From Acidobacteriota bacterium (lineage in GTDB: Bacteria > Acidobacteriota > UBA6911 > JACQSX01): a stretch of 48,736 bases of DNA. The position numbers and the translations under genes were made by a program. Positions 32,877 to 41,816 of the stretch are shown in pieces. Location: positions 1 to 48,736 of the forward strand of contig DASXQR010000216.1 in NCBI GenBank assembly GCA_036507075.1, given 5' to 3'. Within the stretch, counting starts at the first letter, position 1. Each line of letters begins with the position of its first letter. The notes below the pieces were generated by a model. It did no database searches, was not told the DNA's origin, and was given only the letters and a program-made list of their open reading frames with translations.

Positions 32877-33824
32877 TTGGGTAATAATGGGTTTCATAAC
32901 GTCCCGGACTGGCCGCCGTCGAGCCCTCCGTTCCAAAGCCCTGCCTTGCTTCCCGAAGCGTCGGAACGCCCCAAAGTCCTTCTTCCAGCTATCCTGTTTG
33001 CCGCCACGGTCTTGACGACGCTGCTGGCGGGAATTCGGATGCAGATTGGATTTCTTGAGCAAACCGCAATCCCGCCGCTGACCGAGCCACGCACCTGGCT
33101 TCTCGGAGTTCCGTTTTCCTTCACGCTCTTGTCCATCCTGATGGCGCATGAGTTGGGGCACTTTGTCATGTGCCGCTATTACGGAATCACAGCAACTTAC
33201 CCGCATCTGTTGCCTGCTCCACCTCCACTTCCCTTCGGTACATTTGGGGCGGTGATTCGAATTAAGTCCCCTTTTGGAAGCGCCCGCCAGGTTTTCGACG
33301 TGGGAATTGCCGGGCCGATTGCCGGATTTGTGGTGTTGATCCCCGCGCTGCTGTATGGTTTGAGCCGGTCACAGGTTTTTGTGGAGGCTCCTGCCGGAGG
33401 TATAGAATTTGGTGAGCCGTTGCTGTTCAAACTGCTATCGGATTTGCTTTTTTCCAGCCCTGAGCCTTCGATTAACCTTCATCCGGTGGGCTGGGCAGCC
33501 TGGTTCGGCATGCTCGCCACCAGCCTGAACCTGCTCCCAATAGGGCAATTGGATGGCGGCCATATTATCTATGCGCTTTTCGGTCCCAGAACCCACCGGC
33601 TGGTTTCCATTGCGGGGCTGCTCTTGCTTTCCGCTGTCAGCCTTGCTTCGCTTCCATTGCCCGGCTATCTGCTGTTCGGAATACTTCTGTTGCTGATCGG
33701 TTTCAGACACCCTCAACCGATGGCCGAAGGGGATAAGCTAGGGTCCGGCCGGTGGCTGCTGGCGCTGTTTTCACTGTTGATTCTGATCCTCACGTTTATT
33801 CTCGTGCCCGTCAGAATAAGCTGA
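32877..33824 (+). CDS. Site-2 protease (M50) family membrane metalloprotease
   Basis: HELGH, GIAGP, NLLPIGQLDGGH. Confidence 0.92.
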   Translation: MGNNGFHNVPDWPPSSPPFQSPALLPEASERPKVLLPAILFAATVLTTLLAGIRMQIGFLEQTAIPPLTEPRTWLLGVPFSFTLLSILMAHELGHFVMCRYYGITATYPHLLPAPPPLPFGTFGAVIRIKSPFGSARQVFDVGIAGPIAGFVVLIPALLYGLSRSQVFVEAPAGGIEFGEPLLFKLLSDLLFSSPEPSINLHPVGWAAWFGMLATSLNLLPIGQLDGGHIIYALFGPRTHRLVSIAGLLLLSAVSLASLPLPGYLLFGILLLLIGFRHPQPMAEGDKLGSGRWLLALFSLLILILTFILVPVRIS

Positions 33825-33830
33825 GTCCCT

Positions 33831-33896
33831 CTTTATGTTCTTCGTGCCTTTGTGGTTAAAGAGCTTTTGAACCACAAAGACACAAAGGGCACAAAG
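33831..33896. repeat. Inside-out CACAAAG-unit inverted repeat (family D)
   Basis: ctttatgttcttcgtgcctttgtggtt-aaagagcttttg-aaccacaaagacacaaagggcacaaag. Confidence 0.9.
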
Positions 33897-33907
33897 AAAA
33901 TACCTCG

Positions 33908-34774
33908 ATGAAATCCGAACCGCTCATTGGCGCCCACGTTTCCATTGGGGGCGGAGTGCAGAACGCGTTTGAGCGGGGTTTGAAAATCGGCGCCACTGCC
34001 ATTCAGATCTTCCTCAAGAATGCCAGCCAGTGGAAAGCAAGGCCCTATGATGAAGCCACGATCCGGACGTTTAAGGAAAACTGGAAAAATTCAGGGATAC
34101 TCTTTGTCAGCGCCCATGACAGTTATCTGATCAATCTGGCGGCCCCCGCTTCGCTGATTCGCGACAAATCAATCGAAGCGCTGCGCGATGAACTCGAGCG
34201 CGCCGAACAGCTCGGCGTCGGCTGCCTTGTCGCCCATCCCGGCTCGCATGTGGGCGATGGCGAGTCGACAGGGATTCGGCGAATCGCAGAAGCACTAAAT
34301 CACCTGCATTCGGTTACCAGCGGCTACAAGGCGCAAATATGCCTGGAAGCAACCGCGGGCCAGGGAACCAATCTCGGTTACCGGATCGAGCATCTGGTCG
34401 AGATTATGCAGCGAACCGGTCAGCCGGAAAGACTGGGCTTTTGCCTGGACACGTGTCATCTATTCGCAGCGGGGTACGATTTCCGCTCACGCAAAACCTA
34501 CGCCCGCACTTTTGAGGAAATCAAGAGCCTGCTCGGATTGAAGAGAATAAAGATCATACACGTGAACGATTCCCGCAAAGGCCTGGGGAGTCGCGTGGAT
34601 CGTCACGCGCACATTGGGGAGGGAGAGATCGGTTTTGAGGCCTTTCGCATGCTGATGCGCGATCCCGACTTTGCGTCCGTGCCAAAAATCCTGGAAACTC
34701 CCAAGGAAGAGCCTCCGGACGCAGACCTGATGAATTTGGAAAGGCTCCGGAAAGCACTGGGAAAGCGGATATGA
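33908..34774 (+). CDS. nfo: Endonuclease IV
   Basis: GAHVSIGGG, HDSYLINL, HPGSH, DTCHLFAAGYD, NDS...DRHAHIG, ILETP. Confidence 0.96.
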   Translation: MKSEPLIGAHVSIGGGVQNAFERGLKIGATAIQIFLKNASQWKARPYDEATIRTFKENWKNSGILFVSAHDSYLINLAAPASLIRDKSIEALRDELERAEQLGVGCLVAHPGSHVGDGESTGIRRIAEALNHLHSVTSGYKAQICLEATAGQGTNLGYRIEHLVEIMQRTGQPERLGFCLDTCHLFAAGYDFRSRKTYARTFEEIKSLLGLKRIKIIHVNDSRKGLGSRVDRHAHIGEGEIGFEAFRMLMRDPDFASVPKILETPKEEPPDADLMNLERLRKALGKRI

Positions 34775-34791
34775 ACTATCTTGCCGCCTGG

Positions 34792-34840
34792 CTTGGTGTC
34801 TTGGTGGTTTAAATTTTTTTACCACAAAGGCACCAAGGCA
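34792..34840. repeat. Inside-out CACCAAG/CACAAAG inverted repeat
   Basis: cttggtgtcttggtggt-AT-rich spacer-accacaaaggcaccaaggc between convergent nfo and mpg. Confidence 0.8.
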
Positions 34841-34851
34841 CTATTCTCGCT

Positions 34852-35466
34852 TTACTGGCTCAACACGGTTTTTCCCGGGCTCACAAACCGGTTCCCCGGG
34901 ATATAACAGCGCCACTTTTTGTCGGTTCCCTCGCGGATGCCGACGCGGGAACTCCATTTCACTGTTGGCACCTCCTGGCCTGCGCAAATCTGCAAGTTGC
35001 TCACCTTGCTCGTGAGGTCGATTGCGTTGAGTTCCGACTTGATATCGAATGCGACGCACAATTTTCCCGGGCCGTTGGCCACTTTTGAAGGCTCTGCCGT
35101 TTTTCGCAGTTCCAGCATTTTGTCGAGACCCTCGAGCGGTTCCACCGCCCGTAACAGGACGGCGGCCGGAAAGCCTTCACGCTCGCATACGACGTTCAAC
35201 ATGAAGTACATGCCGTAGGTGAAATAGACATAGCTGAAGCCGGGAGGGCCGTACATCACCCGGGTTCTGGGCGTGAGACCCCGGAAGGCATGGCAGGCAG
35301 GGTCATCTTCGCCGATGTAAGCTTCCGCTTCCACGATCCTTCCTGTCAGCACATCGTGATCAAGAAACCGTACCAGGGTCTTTCCCATCAGCTCGCGGGT
35401 GACTTCCAGCGCGTTGCGATTGAAAAATTTCCTTGGCAGGGGACGGGGGAAAGAACTGCGGGGCAT
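34852..35466 (-). CDS. mpg: DNA-3-methyladenine glycosylase (MPG/AAG family)
   Basis: GRIVEAEAY, YVYFTYGM, AVLLRAVEP, NGPGKLC, RVGI. Confidence 0.94.
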   Translation of the reverse strand: MPRSSFPRPLPRKFFNRNALEVTRELMGKTLVRFLDHDVLTGRIVEAEAYIGEDDPACHAFRGLTPRTRVMYGPPGFSYVYFTYGMYFMLNVVCEREGFPAAVLLRAVEPLEGLDKMLELRKTAEPSKVANGPGKLCVAFDIKSELNAIDLTSKVSNLQICAGQEVPTVKWSSRVGIREGTDKKWRCYIPGNRFVSPGKTVLSQ

Positions 35467-35484
35467 CGGTGCCAAACTAAAGAT

Positions 35485-35615
35485 GCCACGAAGACACGAA
35501 GACACGAAGGCCGCTATTTAGCCTTACATGCCAATTCTCCTGGATCTCCATCGGTTTCTCTGAAGTCTCAATTCTCAGTGCATCAGAAATCTTCGTGCCT
35601 TCGTGCCTTCGTGGC
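35485..35615. repeat. CACGAAG-unit inverted-repeat element (family B)
   Basis: gccacgaagacacgaagacacgaag ... cttcgtgccttcgtgccttcgtggc, 131 bp. Confidence 0.93.
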
Positions 35616-35624
35616 TAATCCTTT

Positions 35625-37073
35625 TCAATCAATCTCCAATTTCTTCCAAATCTCATCCACCCGCCGCTTCACGTCTTCGGACATGCGAATCGGCTTCGGC
35701 CACGGCCGCGTAAAGCCTTCGTTCTGCCATTTCCGCGTCGCATCGATCCCCATTTTCGAGCCGTATTGCGGCATTCTCGAGGCGTGATCCAGCACATCGA
35801 TCGGTCCCATCATGAATTGAATATCCCGTTCGGGATCGATGTTGTTTAGAACCTTCCATACGACCTCACGCACGTCCTGAATGTTTGTGTCATGGTCGAC
35901 GACCACGATGCACTTGCTCAACATTGCCTGCCCCAGACCCCAGATCGCGTTCATGATTTTGCGCGCGTGTCCGGGATAGGCCTTCCGGATGGAGAGGATC
36001 ATCAAGTTGTGGAAAATTCCTTCAAACGGCATGTGCATGTCGACAATCTCGGGCAACTGTTTGCGAATCACGGGCAGCGTAATGCGCTCGATGGCCTTTC
36101 CCATGTGGCAGTCTTCCATCGGTGGAATGCCGACAATAGTGGTGTGATAAATCGGTTTTTTGCGATGTGTTATGCAGGTGACATGAAATACCGGATACTC
36201 GTCCTCCAGAGAATAAAAGCCGGTGTGATCCCCAAACGGCCCTTCGGTTTTAAGTTCCCTCGGATCTACATATCCTTCCAGGACAATTTCAGCGGTGGCG
36301 GGAACTTCCACGTCTACCGTTTCGGCTTTGACCATTTCCACCGGATGGCCGCGCAGGAATCCTGCAAACATCATCTCGTCAAAATCGTCCGGCAGGGGCA
36401 TGCATGCCGAAAAGCAAACCACCGGATCGGCGCCGATCGCCACCGCCACCGGCATCCTTTCGGACGTTCTTTCCGAGTGCTCGCGAAAATGCGCAGCTCC
36501 GTGCTTGTGAATCTGCCAGTGCATTGCGGCCGTGGTATCGCTGAACACCTGCATGCGGTAAATTCCGCAGTTTCGCTTTCCGGTGACCGAGTTTTTTGAA
36601 AAAACAAGCGGAAAGGTTATGTAGCGGCCGCCGTCGCCAGGCCAGCACTGCAGAACAGGAAAGTAATTCAAAGAGAAGTCGTCTTTGCGAATCACTTCCT
36701 TGCACGGTCCGGAGCGAACGGTCTTGGGGAAAAAGCGGCCCAGATCCGCCAGCCTGGGAAGCAGCTTGATTTTGTCGAGCAGGCCTTCCGGAGATTTGAA
36801 ATCGAGAAGGTCGTGAACACGCTCTGCAACTTCATCGATCGAATCCACGTCCAGCGCCAGCGCCATGCGTTTTGGCGATCCGAGCGCGTTGATTAGAACC
36901 GGAACGTCGTGGCCCTTGACATTCTCAAACAGGAGCGCCGGCCCGGTCCGTTTACTGACGCGGTCGGTGATCTCGGCAATTTCGAGCACCGGATCGACCG
37001 TTTGGCGAATTCGTACCAGCTCTTTTTCTTTTTCCAGGCGGCGAATGAATTCGCGCAGGTCGGAATACGGCAT
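35625..37073 (-). CDS. UbiD family decarboxylase (probably menaquinone/futalosine-pathway type)
   Basis: MPYSDLREF, GPALLFEN, NCGIYRMQ, EGPFGDHTGFY, GSKMGIDAT. Confidence 0.9.
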   Translation of the reverse strand: MPYSDLREFIRRLEKEKELVRIRQTVDPVLEIAEITDRVSKRTGPALLFENVKGHDVPVLINALGSPKRMALALDVDSIDEVAERVHDLLDFKSPEGLLDKIKLLPRLADLGRFFPKTVRSGPCKEVIRKDDFSLNYFPVLQCWPGDGGRYITFPLVFSKNSVTGKRNCGIYRMQVFSDTTAAMHWQIHKHGAAHFREHSERTSERMPVAVAIGADPVVCFSACMPLPDDFDEMMFAGFLRGHPVEMVKAETVDVEVPATAEIVLEGYVDPRELKTEGPFGDHTGFYSLEDEYPVFHVTCITHRKKPIYHTTIVGIPPMEDCHMGKAIERITLPVIRKQLPEIVDMHMPFEGIFHNLMILSIRKAYPGHARKIMNAIWGLGQAMLSKCIVVVDHDTNIQDVREVVWKVLNNIDPERDIQFMMGPIDVLDHASRMPQYGSKMGIDATRKWQNEGFTRPWPKPIRMSEDVKRRVDEIWKKLEID

Positions 37074-38422
37074 TATTTTACTCGTGCCTGGAGGCGCCGG
37101 ATCGCCTGGTTGGCCGACGATGCGACTGCCGAATCCCTGGCCTGACTTAGCTCCTGAAGCTGGGGCAAAGCATCCGCGCCTCCGGAACGCCCCAAAACTT
37201 CAAGCAGTCCCATTTGCACTTTCTTGCGGTCCAGCCGAAGGAAGGGATAAAGCTTGCGCGTCTCCTCGGGTGAGAATTCCAAAAGATAAGAGAGCGCCTG
37301 ATCATAACGGGCGCCGTCCAGGCCGTTGATCAGCTCGGCCAGCAGCAGATCATTGCCCAGGCGGTACAGTGCGAAGTTGATTGCCAGCAGCGCCTCGCTG
37401 GTCTTCTCTTCTTTCTTCTGCTCCAGCAAGGCGGTCACGGCGTCCTTCACTCCGGCGCGCGCCAGGCCCTCGGCGCCGGCGCGGCGAAAACTCTGGTCCC
37501 GGTTCTGCAGGTTCTTTACAAAGATGGGAACCGATTCGGGAGCGCCGATGTAGGCCAGCGCGTCGAGTAATTTGAATTGAAGATCATCCTTTCCGCTGGC
37601 GGGAATAATCTTGAGCACCCTGCGTCGCTCTTCCGGTTCGGTCTCATAAAGTTTTGTCAGCGGCTCGCGCGCTTCTTTCACTTTGAGAAAGCCTGCCGTA
37701 CGGATAGCCTCGTCATGCACGCCTTTGTTTTCGTCCTGTATAAAAGGAATCACCACAGCTCCGTATTCCCGGTCACCGATTTTGTACAGCGCGCGAATCA
37801 TCTGCCGCCGCGCGCCCGAATCAGATTCTTTCTTCAAACTTTCCGCCACAGCCGCCGTGGCTTCCCTGCCGCGCAACACCCCCAGCGCCTGCGCCGACTT
37901 TTTTCGGATCCCCGGATCCTGATCTGTCAACAGCGCCGCCAGCGCCTTGACAACATCGGGATTAACGATCACGTAAGGTTCTACCACCAGAGTGTCGTAA
38001 TCCACGTCGAAAGGGTTCAGCGCGTCGATAATTTTTCGGGTCTGGGTAATCAAGCCTCCCTCTTCGGCGACGTACAGGTTGACCATGCCTGCAATGCTTT
38101 TCTCCCGCACTTCAACCCTTCGGTCGCGCGAACCTTCAATGTAAGTATTGACGGCTCGGGGATCATTGAGCGCGATCAGGGCCCGGTAGATCTCGAGTCG
38201 CACGCCGTCGTCCTGGTCCTTGGACGCATCTATTAAAGCCGGGACAGCGCTGCGAAGCTTGTTGCTGGCGATGGCACGCGCCGCTTCCTTGCGCCGGGCC
38301 GGATCAGGATTTTTGAGATCATAGATCAGGCTGTCGACGGTGACCTGTCTTGTCTGCTGGCCCCAGAGCGGGACCATGGTCATCAGGGTGAAAACGGCAC
38401 AATAAGCAAATTTCATTTTCAT
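37073..38422 (-). CDS. Exported HEAT-repeat protein
   Basis: Signal-like N-terminus (MKMKFAYCAVFTLMTMVPLWG) and repeated LxDxDxxVRxxAxxAL units; TAATG overlap with the UbiD gene. Confidence 0.8.
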   Translation of the reverse strand: MKMKFAYCAVFTLMTMVPLWGQQTRQVTVDSLIYDLKNPDPARRKEAARAIASNKLRSAVPALIDASKDQDDGVRLEIYRALIALNDPRAVNTYIEGSRDRRVEVREKSIAGMVNLYVAEEGGLITQTRKIIDALNPFDVDYDTLVVEPYVIVNPDVVKALAALLTDQDPGIRKKSAQALGVLRGREATAAVAESLKKESDSGARRQMIRALYKIGDREYGAVVIPFIQDENKGVHDEAIRTAGFLKVKEAREPLTKLYETEPEERRRVLKIIPASGKDDLQFKLLDALAYIGAPESVPIFVKNLQNRDQSFRRAGAEGLARAGVKDAVTALLEQKKEEKTSEALLAINFALYRLGNDLLLAELINGLDGARYDQALSYLLEFSPEETRKLYPFLRLDRKKVQMGLLEVLGRSGGADALPQLQELSQARDSAVASSANQAIRRLQARVK

Positions 38423-38511
38423 ATTCTCCAACTATTCGTGATGTTAGCGACCGGGCCATGGAGTTTCAATCGTTTTCCGATCTGCGGGTGGCTTGACTCG
38501 GCACATTGCTT

Positions 38512-38591
38512 TCACCGCCGAGAACGCTAAGAGCGCTAAGAAGAGCCCCCATGCTTGGCGCTCTTGACGTTCTTGGGGGCGTCGCGGTGGA
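38512..38591. repeat. Degenerate CGCCAAG/CGCTAAG element (family C-like)
   Basis: tcaccgccgagaacgctaagagcgctaag ... cttggcgctcttgacgttcttgg...gcggtgg. Confidence 0.7.
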
Positions 38592-38647
38592 GCTTTTTGT
38601 GATTAACCAGGAAAACTGGCGCGCTAATCGTGAAAGCGGCAACTCTC

Positions 38648-38676
38648 TTGAATCAAGCGGAATGAATCTTTAATAT
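38648..38676 (+). promoter_or_regulatory. Sigma70 promoter of the tRNA gene
   Basis: TTGAAT-17 nt-TAATAT, 18 nt before the tRNA 5' end. Confidence 0.6.
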
Positions 38677-38694
38677 GGGGGCAAACGCGATAGA

Positions 38695-38768
38695 GCGGGG
38701 TTGTTGAAATGGTATCAAAAAGGCTTCCCAAGCCTTGATTGCGGGTTCGATTCCCGTACCCCGCTCCA
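38695..38768 (+). tRNA. tRNA-Gly(CCC)
   Basis: Acceptor GCGGGGT/ACCCCGC, D-stem TTGA/TCAA, anticodon arm AAGGC-TTCCCAA-GCCTT, T-loop TTCGATT, discriminator T and encoded CCA. Confidence 0.95.
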
Positions 38769-38832
38769 GTTTTTTTCGTCTACAACGTTTCTTCCCCTTC
38801 ATGATCCTTCGTCCCCGGAACTTTAGAAAAAA

Positions 38833-38977
38833 TCAGTACCGCGTCCCGTCAGGGCGCGCAGGGAGAATCTAACGAGACTCTGCGAAGAAGTCTGAGTTGC
38901 TGCCAGTTCATAACACTGTCGGGCATCGAGGAGCCGACAAACACCCTCCGCGCACGCCCTAACGGGCGCGGTACTGA
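38833..38977. repeat. REP-like inverted pair (CAGTACCGCG family)
   Basis: tcagtaccgcgtcccgtcagggcg ... cgccctaacgggcgcggtactga. Confidence 0.85.
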
Positions 38978-39037
38978 CTTTTTCTCACGTTCCCCCCAAG
39001 TCCACCGCGTTAGAATACTCGATCGAACCAGGAATCC

Positions 39038-39577
39038 ATGCTTACCTACTCTGAACTGATCGACAAACTGAAACCCATCCGACTGCTCCTCCTTGATGTC
39101 GACGGTGTCATGACTGACAACCGGATTTATCTGACCGGTGAAGGAGACGAGCGCAAAGGTTACTCGTCTCTGGATGGACACGGGATTCGCATGGTCCAGC
39201 GCGCCGGAATCCAGGTCGGTTTCCTCACCGGACGAATTTCCCAGGGAGTCACCCGGCGCGCCGAGGATTTGGATATCAAGATTGTGGTCCAGCGCTCTCA
39301 TCAAAAGGAAATCGATTACGAAACAATCCTCAAGCAGAATGGCTTCAAGAACGAGGAAGCGGCCTACATGGGAGACGACGTAGTCGACCTGCCGGTAATG
39401 TGTCGCTGCGGTTTTTCCGCGACCGTACCCGGCGCTGAAGACTGGATCCAGTTGCGCGCCGATTACGTTACCAGACGTCGAGGGGGCCAGGGCGCCGTGC
39501 GCGAAGTGATCGACCTGATACTCAAGGCCCAGGGACGCTGGCAAGAAGCGATGCGGCGCTATCTGAACGCGCCGTAG
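39038..39577 (+). CDS. kdsC: KDO 8-phosphate phosphatase
   Basis: LLLLDVDGVMTD, DGHGI, TGR, YMGDDVVDLP, GGQGAVRE. Confidence 0.94.
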   Translation: MLTYSELIDKLKPIRLLLLDVDGVMTDNRIYLTGEGDERKGYSSLDGHGIRMVQRAGIQVGFLTGRISQGVTRRAEDLDIKIVVQRSHQKEIDYETILKQNGFKNEEAAYMGDDVVDLPVMCRCGFSATVPGAEDWIQLRADYVTRRRGGQGAVREVIDLILKAQGRWQEAMRRYLNAP

Positions 39578-39578
39578 C

Positions 39579-39732
39579 AGTGATGAGTGACGGGTGTCGG
39601 GTTGGGAATGTAGAATGCGGAATGCGGAATCTATTCAAGTTTCTTACGCCGAAATGAAACACTCACTATTCCGCATTCCGCATTCCGAAATCCGCATTCC
39701 AACTCATCACTTGACACTCGTCATTCGACACT
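39579..39732. repeat. Composite: family A element (39605-39700) nested in a different heptamer inverted repeat
   Basis: Outer agtgatgagtgacgggtgtcggg ... actcatcacttgacactcgtcattcgacact; inner GGAATGC/GCATTCC arms. It fills the whole kdsC-kdsD gap. Confidence 0.88.
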
Positions 39733-40691
39733 TAGACGAGCTCGGTTCTCCACAGATCATGAAGGTGAATCACGCCTTCCAATACGCCTTCGGCGGTAAC
39801 AACCATTAAAGATGTGATTTTCTTTGCTTCGAGGATGCTCAGAGCTTCAACGGCGAGTTCGGGAGCGCTCACGGTCACCGGATTGCGCGTCATACATGAC
39901 TCCGCCTGTAGATCAAAAATATCCCTGCGCTTTTCCAGCAGCCGCCGCAGATCGCCGTCGGAGATTACCCCTTTGAGTTTTCCGTCGTGATCAACTACCG
40001 CCGCGATGCCCAACCCTTTGCGGGACATTTCATAAATGACGTCCGACATCGCTGTGGCGGGTTGAACCCGCGGAATCTGGCTGCCGGTGTGCATTAGATC
40101 GGCGACGCGCATCAGCTTTTTTCCCAGCACCCCGCCCGGGTGCAGATGGGCGAAATCTTCAGGACGAAAACCCTTCCGGCTGTAAACAGCAATTGCCAGA
40201 GCATCGCCCAGCGCCAGCGCCGCCGTGGTGCTTGCCGTGGGGGCAAGATTAAGTGGGCAGGCTTCCTTGTCGACGCTCACATCCAACACTACGTCGCTGC
40301 TGCGTGCCAGGACTGAATTCCGATCTCCAGTAAACGTGACCAACGGAACGCCAAGGCGTTTGATTCTTTCCAGTAGTGAAATAATCTCCGGTGTTCGACC
40401 GCTGTTGGAAAGGGCCAGTACCAGGTCGCCATCAGCGACCATTCCCAGATCCCCATGGATTGCCTCGGCCGGATGCAGAAACAGAGCCGGGGTCCCGGTG
40501 CTGGAAAGCGTGGCGGCGATTTTCTTGCAGACGATGCCCGACTTGCCCATTCCGGTCAGCACAACGCGCCCGCGACACTTCAAGATCAAATCGACCGCCT
40601 GGTCGAATTCATCCCCCAGCCGGTTGGCAAGCGCACGAATCGCTTCCGCTTCGATTTCCAGTACCTGGCGCGCGAGTTCTCTATTTTCCAA
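39732..40691 (-). CDS. kdsD: Arabinose 5-phosphate isomerase (KpsF/GutQ)
   Basis: TGMGKSG, HPAEAIHGDLG, EACPLNLAPTAST, HPGG and a CBS pair. Confidence 0.95.
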   Translation of the reverse strand: MENRELARQVLEIEAEAIRALANRLGDEFDQAVDLILKCRGRVVLTGMGKSGIVCKKIAATLSSTGTPALFLHPAEAIHGDLGMVADGDLVLALSNSGRTPEIISLLERIKRLGVPLVTFTGDRNSVLARSSDVVLDVSVDKEACPLNLAPTASTTAALALGDALAIAVYSRKGFRPEDFAHLHPGGVLGKKLMRVADLMHTGSQIPRVQPATAMSDVIYEMSRKGLGIAAVVDHDGKLKGVISDGDLRRLLEKRRDIFDLQAESCMTRNPVTVSAPELAVEALSILEAKKITSLMVVTAEGVLEGVIHLHDLWRTELV

Positions 40692-40709
40692 GTAGGGGTC
40701 CGGAAAGCA

Positions 40710-40780
40710 AACCGCGAAGGCGCGAAAGCGCGAAACTGGGTTCTGAGTACAACCTTTCGCGCTTTCGCGCCTTCGCGTTT
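40710..40780. repeat. CGCGAAG-unit inverted-repeat element (family E)
   Basis: aaccgcgaaggcgcgaaagcgcgaaa ... tttcgcgctttcgcgccttcgcgttt. Confidence 0.92.
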
Positions 40781-40794
40781 GTCTATTTTTTGAT

Positions 40795-41613
40795 TTACCG
40801 CTTCACCATTTGATCCAATTCAACCAACTTTTTTACCACCGTTTCAAACTTTTCCAGCGGAAGCGCGTTGGGACCGTCCGAAAGGGCTCGTGCCGGATCG
40901 TCGTGCACTTCCATAAAGATCCCATTTACACCCACTGCCACGGCGGCGCGGGCGAGCGGCTCAATAAACTCAGAGTTTCCCGACGAGGATGTCCCCGCGC
41001 CGCCCGGGATCTGGACACTGTGGGTGGCATCGAAGACAACCGGCACTTGTAATCCGCGCATGATCAGCAAGGCGCGATAATCGACAACCAACTGGTTGTA
41101 ACCAAACGACGAGCCGCGCTCGGTGAGCCACAGCTTACGGTTTCCGGATGAAATGAATTTCTCAACCACGTTCTTCATATCCCAAGGCGCCAGGAACTGA
41201 CCTTTCTTGATGTTCACGGTCTTTCCTGTTCGTGCGCAGGCCGCAATCAGATCTGTCTGACGGCACAGAAAAGCGGGAATCTGGAGGACATCGACTACAT
41301 CGGCAGCCGCGGGAACCTGGCTGGTTTCGTGCACATCGGTCAGCACGGGCAGGTTGAACCGCCGTTGGACTTCGTTCAGGACTTTCAGTCCCTCCCCCTC
41401 GCCCGGTCCTCGAAATGACTGCTGTGATGTACGGTTCGCTTTGTCGTAAGAAGCTTTGAAAATCAGTGGAAGGTTGAGCCGATCTCGAGCCGCGGCCAGT
41501 TGTTCTGCGATCTTCAGACAGTGATCGCGATTTTCAATGACGCATGGTCCGGCGATGAAGAACAGCGGCCCTGCCGGCTCGATTCTGATATGGCCGGGAC
41601 TAAGTTCATGCAT
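40795..41613 (-). CDS. kdsA: KDO 8-phosphate synthase
   Basis: IAGPCVIE, KASYDKANRTS, QIPAFLCRQTDL, FDATHSVQ, SDGPN. Confidence 0.96.
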   Translation of the reverse strand: MHELSPGHIRIEPAGPLFFIAGPCVIENRDHCLKIAEQLAAARDRLNLPLIFKASYDKANRTSQQSFRGPGEGEGLKVLNEVQRRFNLPVLTDVHETSQVPAAADVVDVLQIPAFLCRQTDLIAACARTGKTVNIKKGQFLAPWDMKNVVEKFISSGNRKLWLTERGSSFGYNQLVVDYRALLIMRGLQVPVVFDATHSVQIPGGAGTSSSGNSEFIEPLARAAVAVGVNGIFMEVHDDPARALSDGPNALPLEKFETVVKKLVELDQMVKR

Positions 41614-41634
41614 CTCAGGTTTGAATATGAATTT

Positions 41635-41810
41635 TTTCACCACAAAGACTTAGCGCGGCGAAGCCGCAACCAAAAATCAAGGAGAGACGGCCTGAGGGCT
41701 CTGCGGCGCCCCTGCAAAGCTGAGAAGGCCCTCAGGCCGTCTCTCCGCTCCTGACCGGACTCTGCCAGCCCTTCGTCTGACTTTGTGGCCTTTGTGACTT
41801 TGTGGTGAAA
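41635..41810. repeat. Composite: CACAAAG arms enclosing a GCCGCAACCAAA hairpin motif and a 19-bp REP-like inverted repeat
   Basis: tttcaccacaaagac ... ctttgtggcctttgtgactttgtggtgaaa; inner perfect pair ggagagacggcctgagggc (41681-41699 / 41728-41746). Confidence 0.88.
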
Positions 41811-41816
41811 CGATTC

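Noticed and set aside
38769..39037. Genomic island integrated at tRNA-Gly
   Set aside because: There is no integrase or duplicated tRNA 3' end; only a REP-like pair precedes kdsC.
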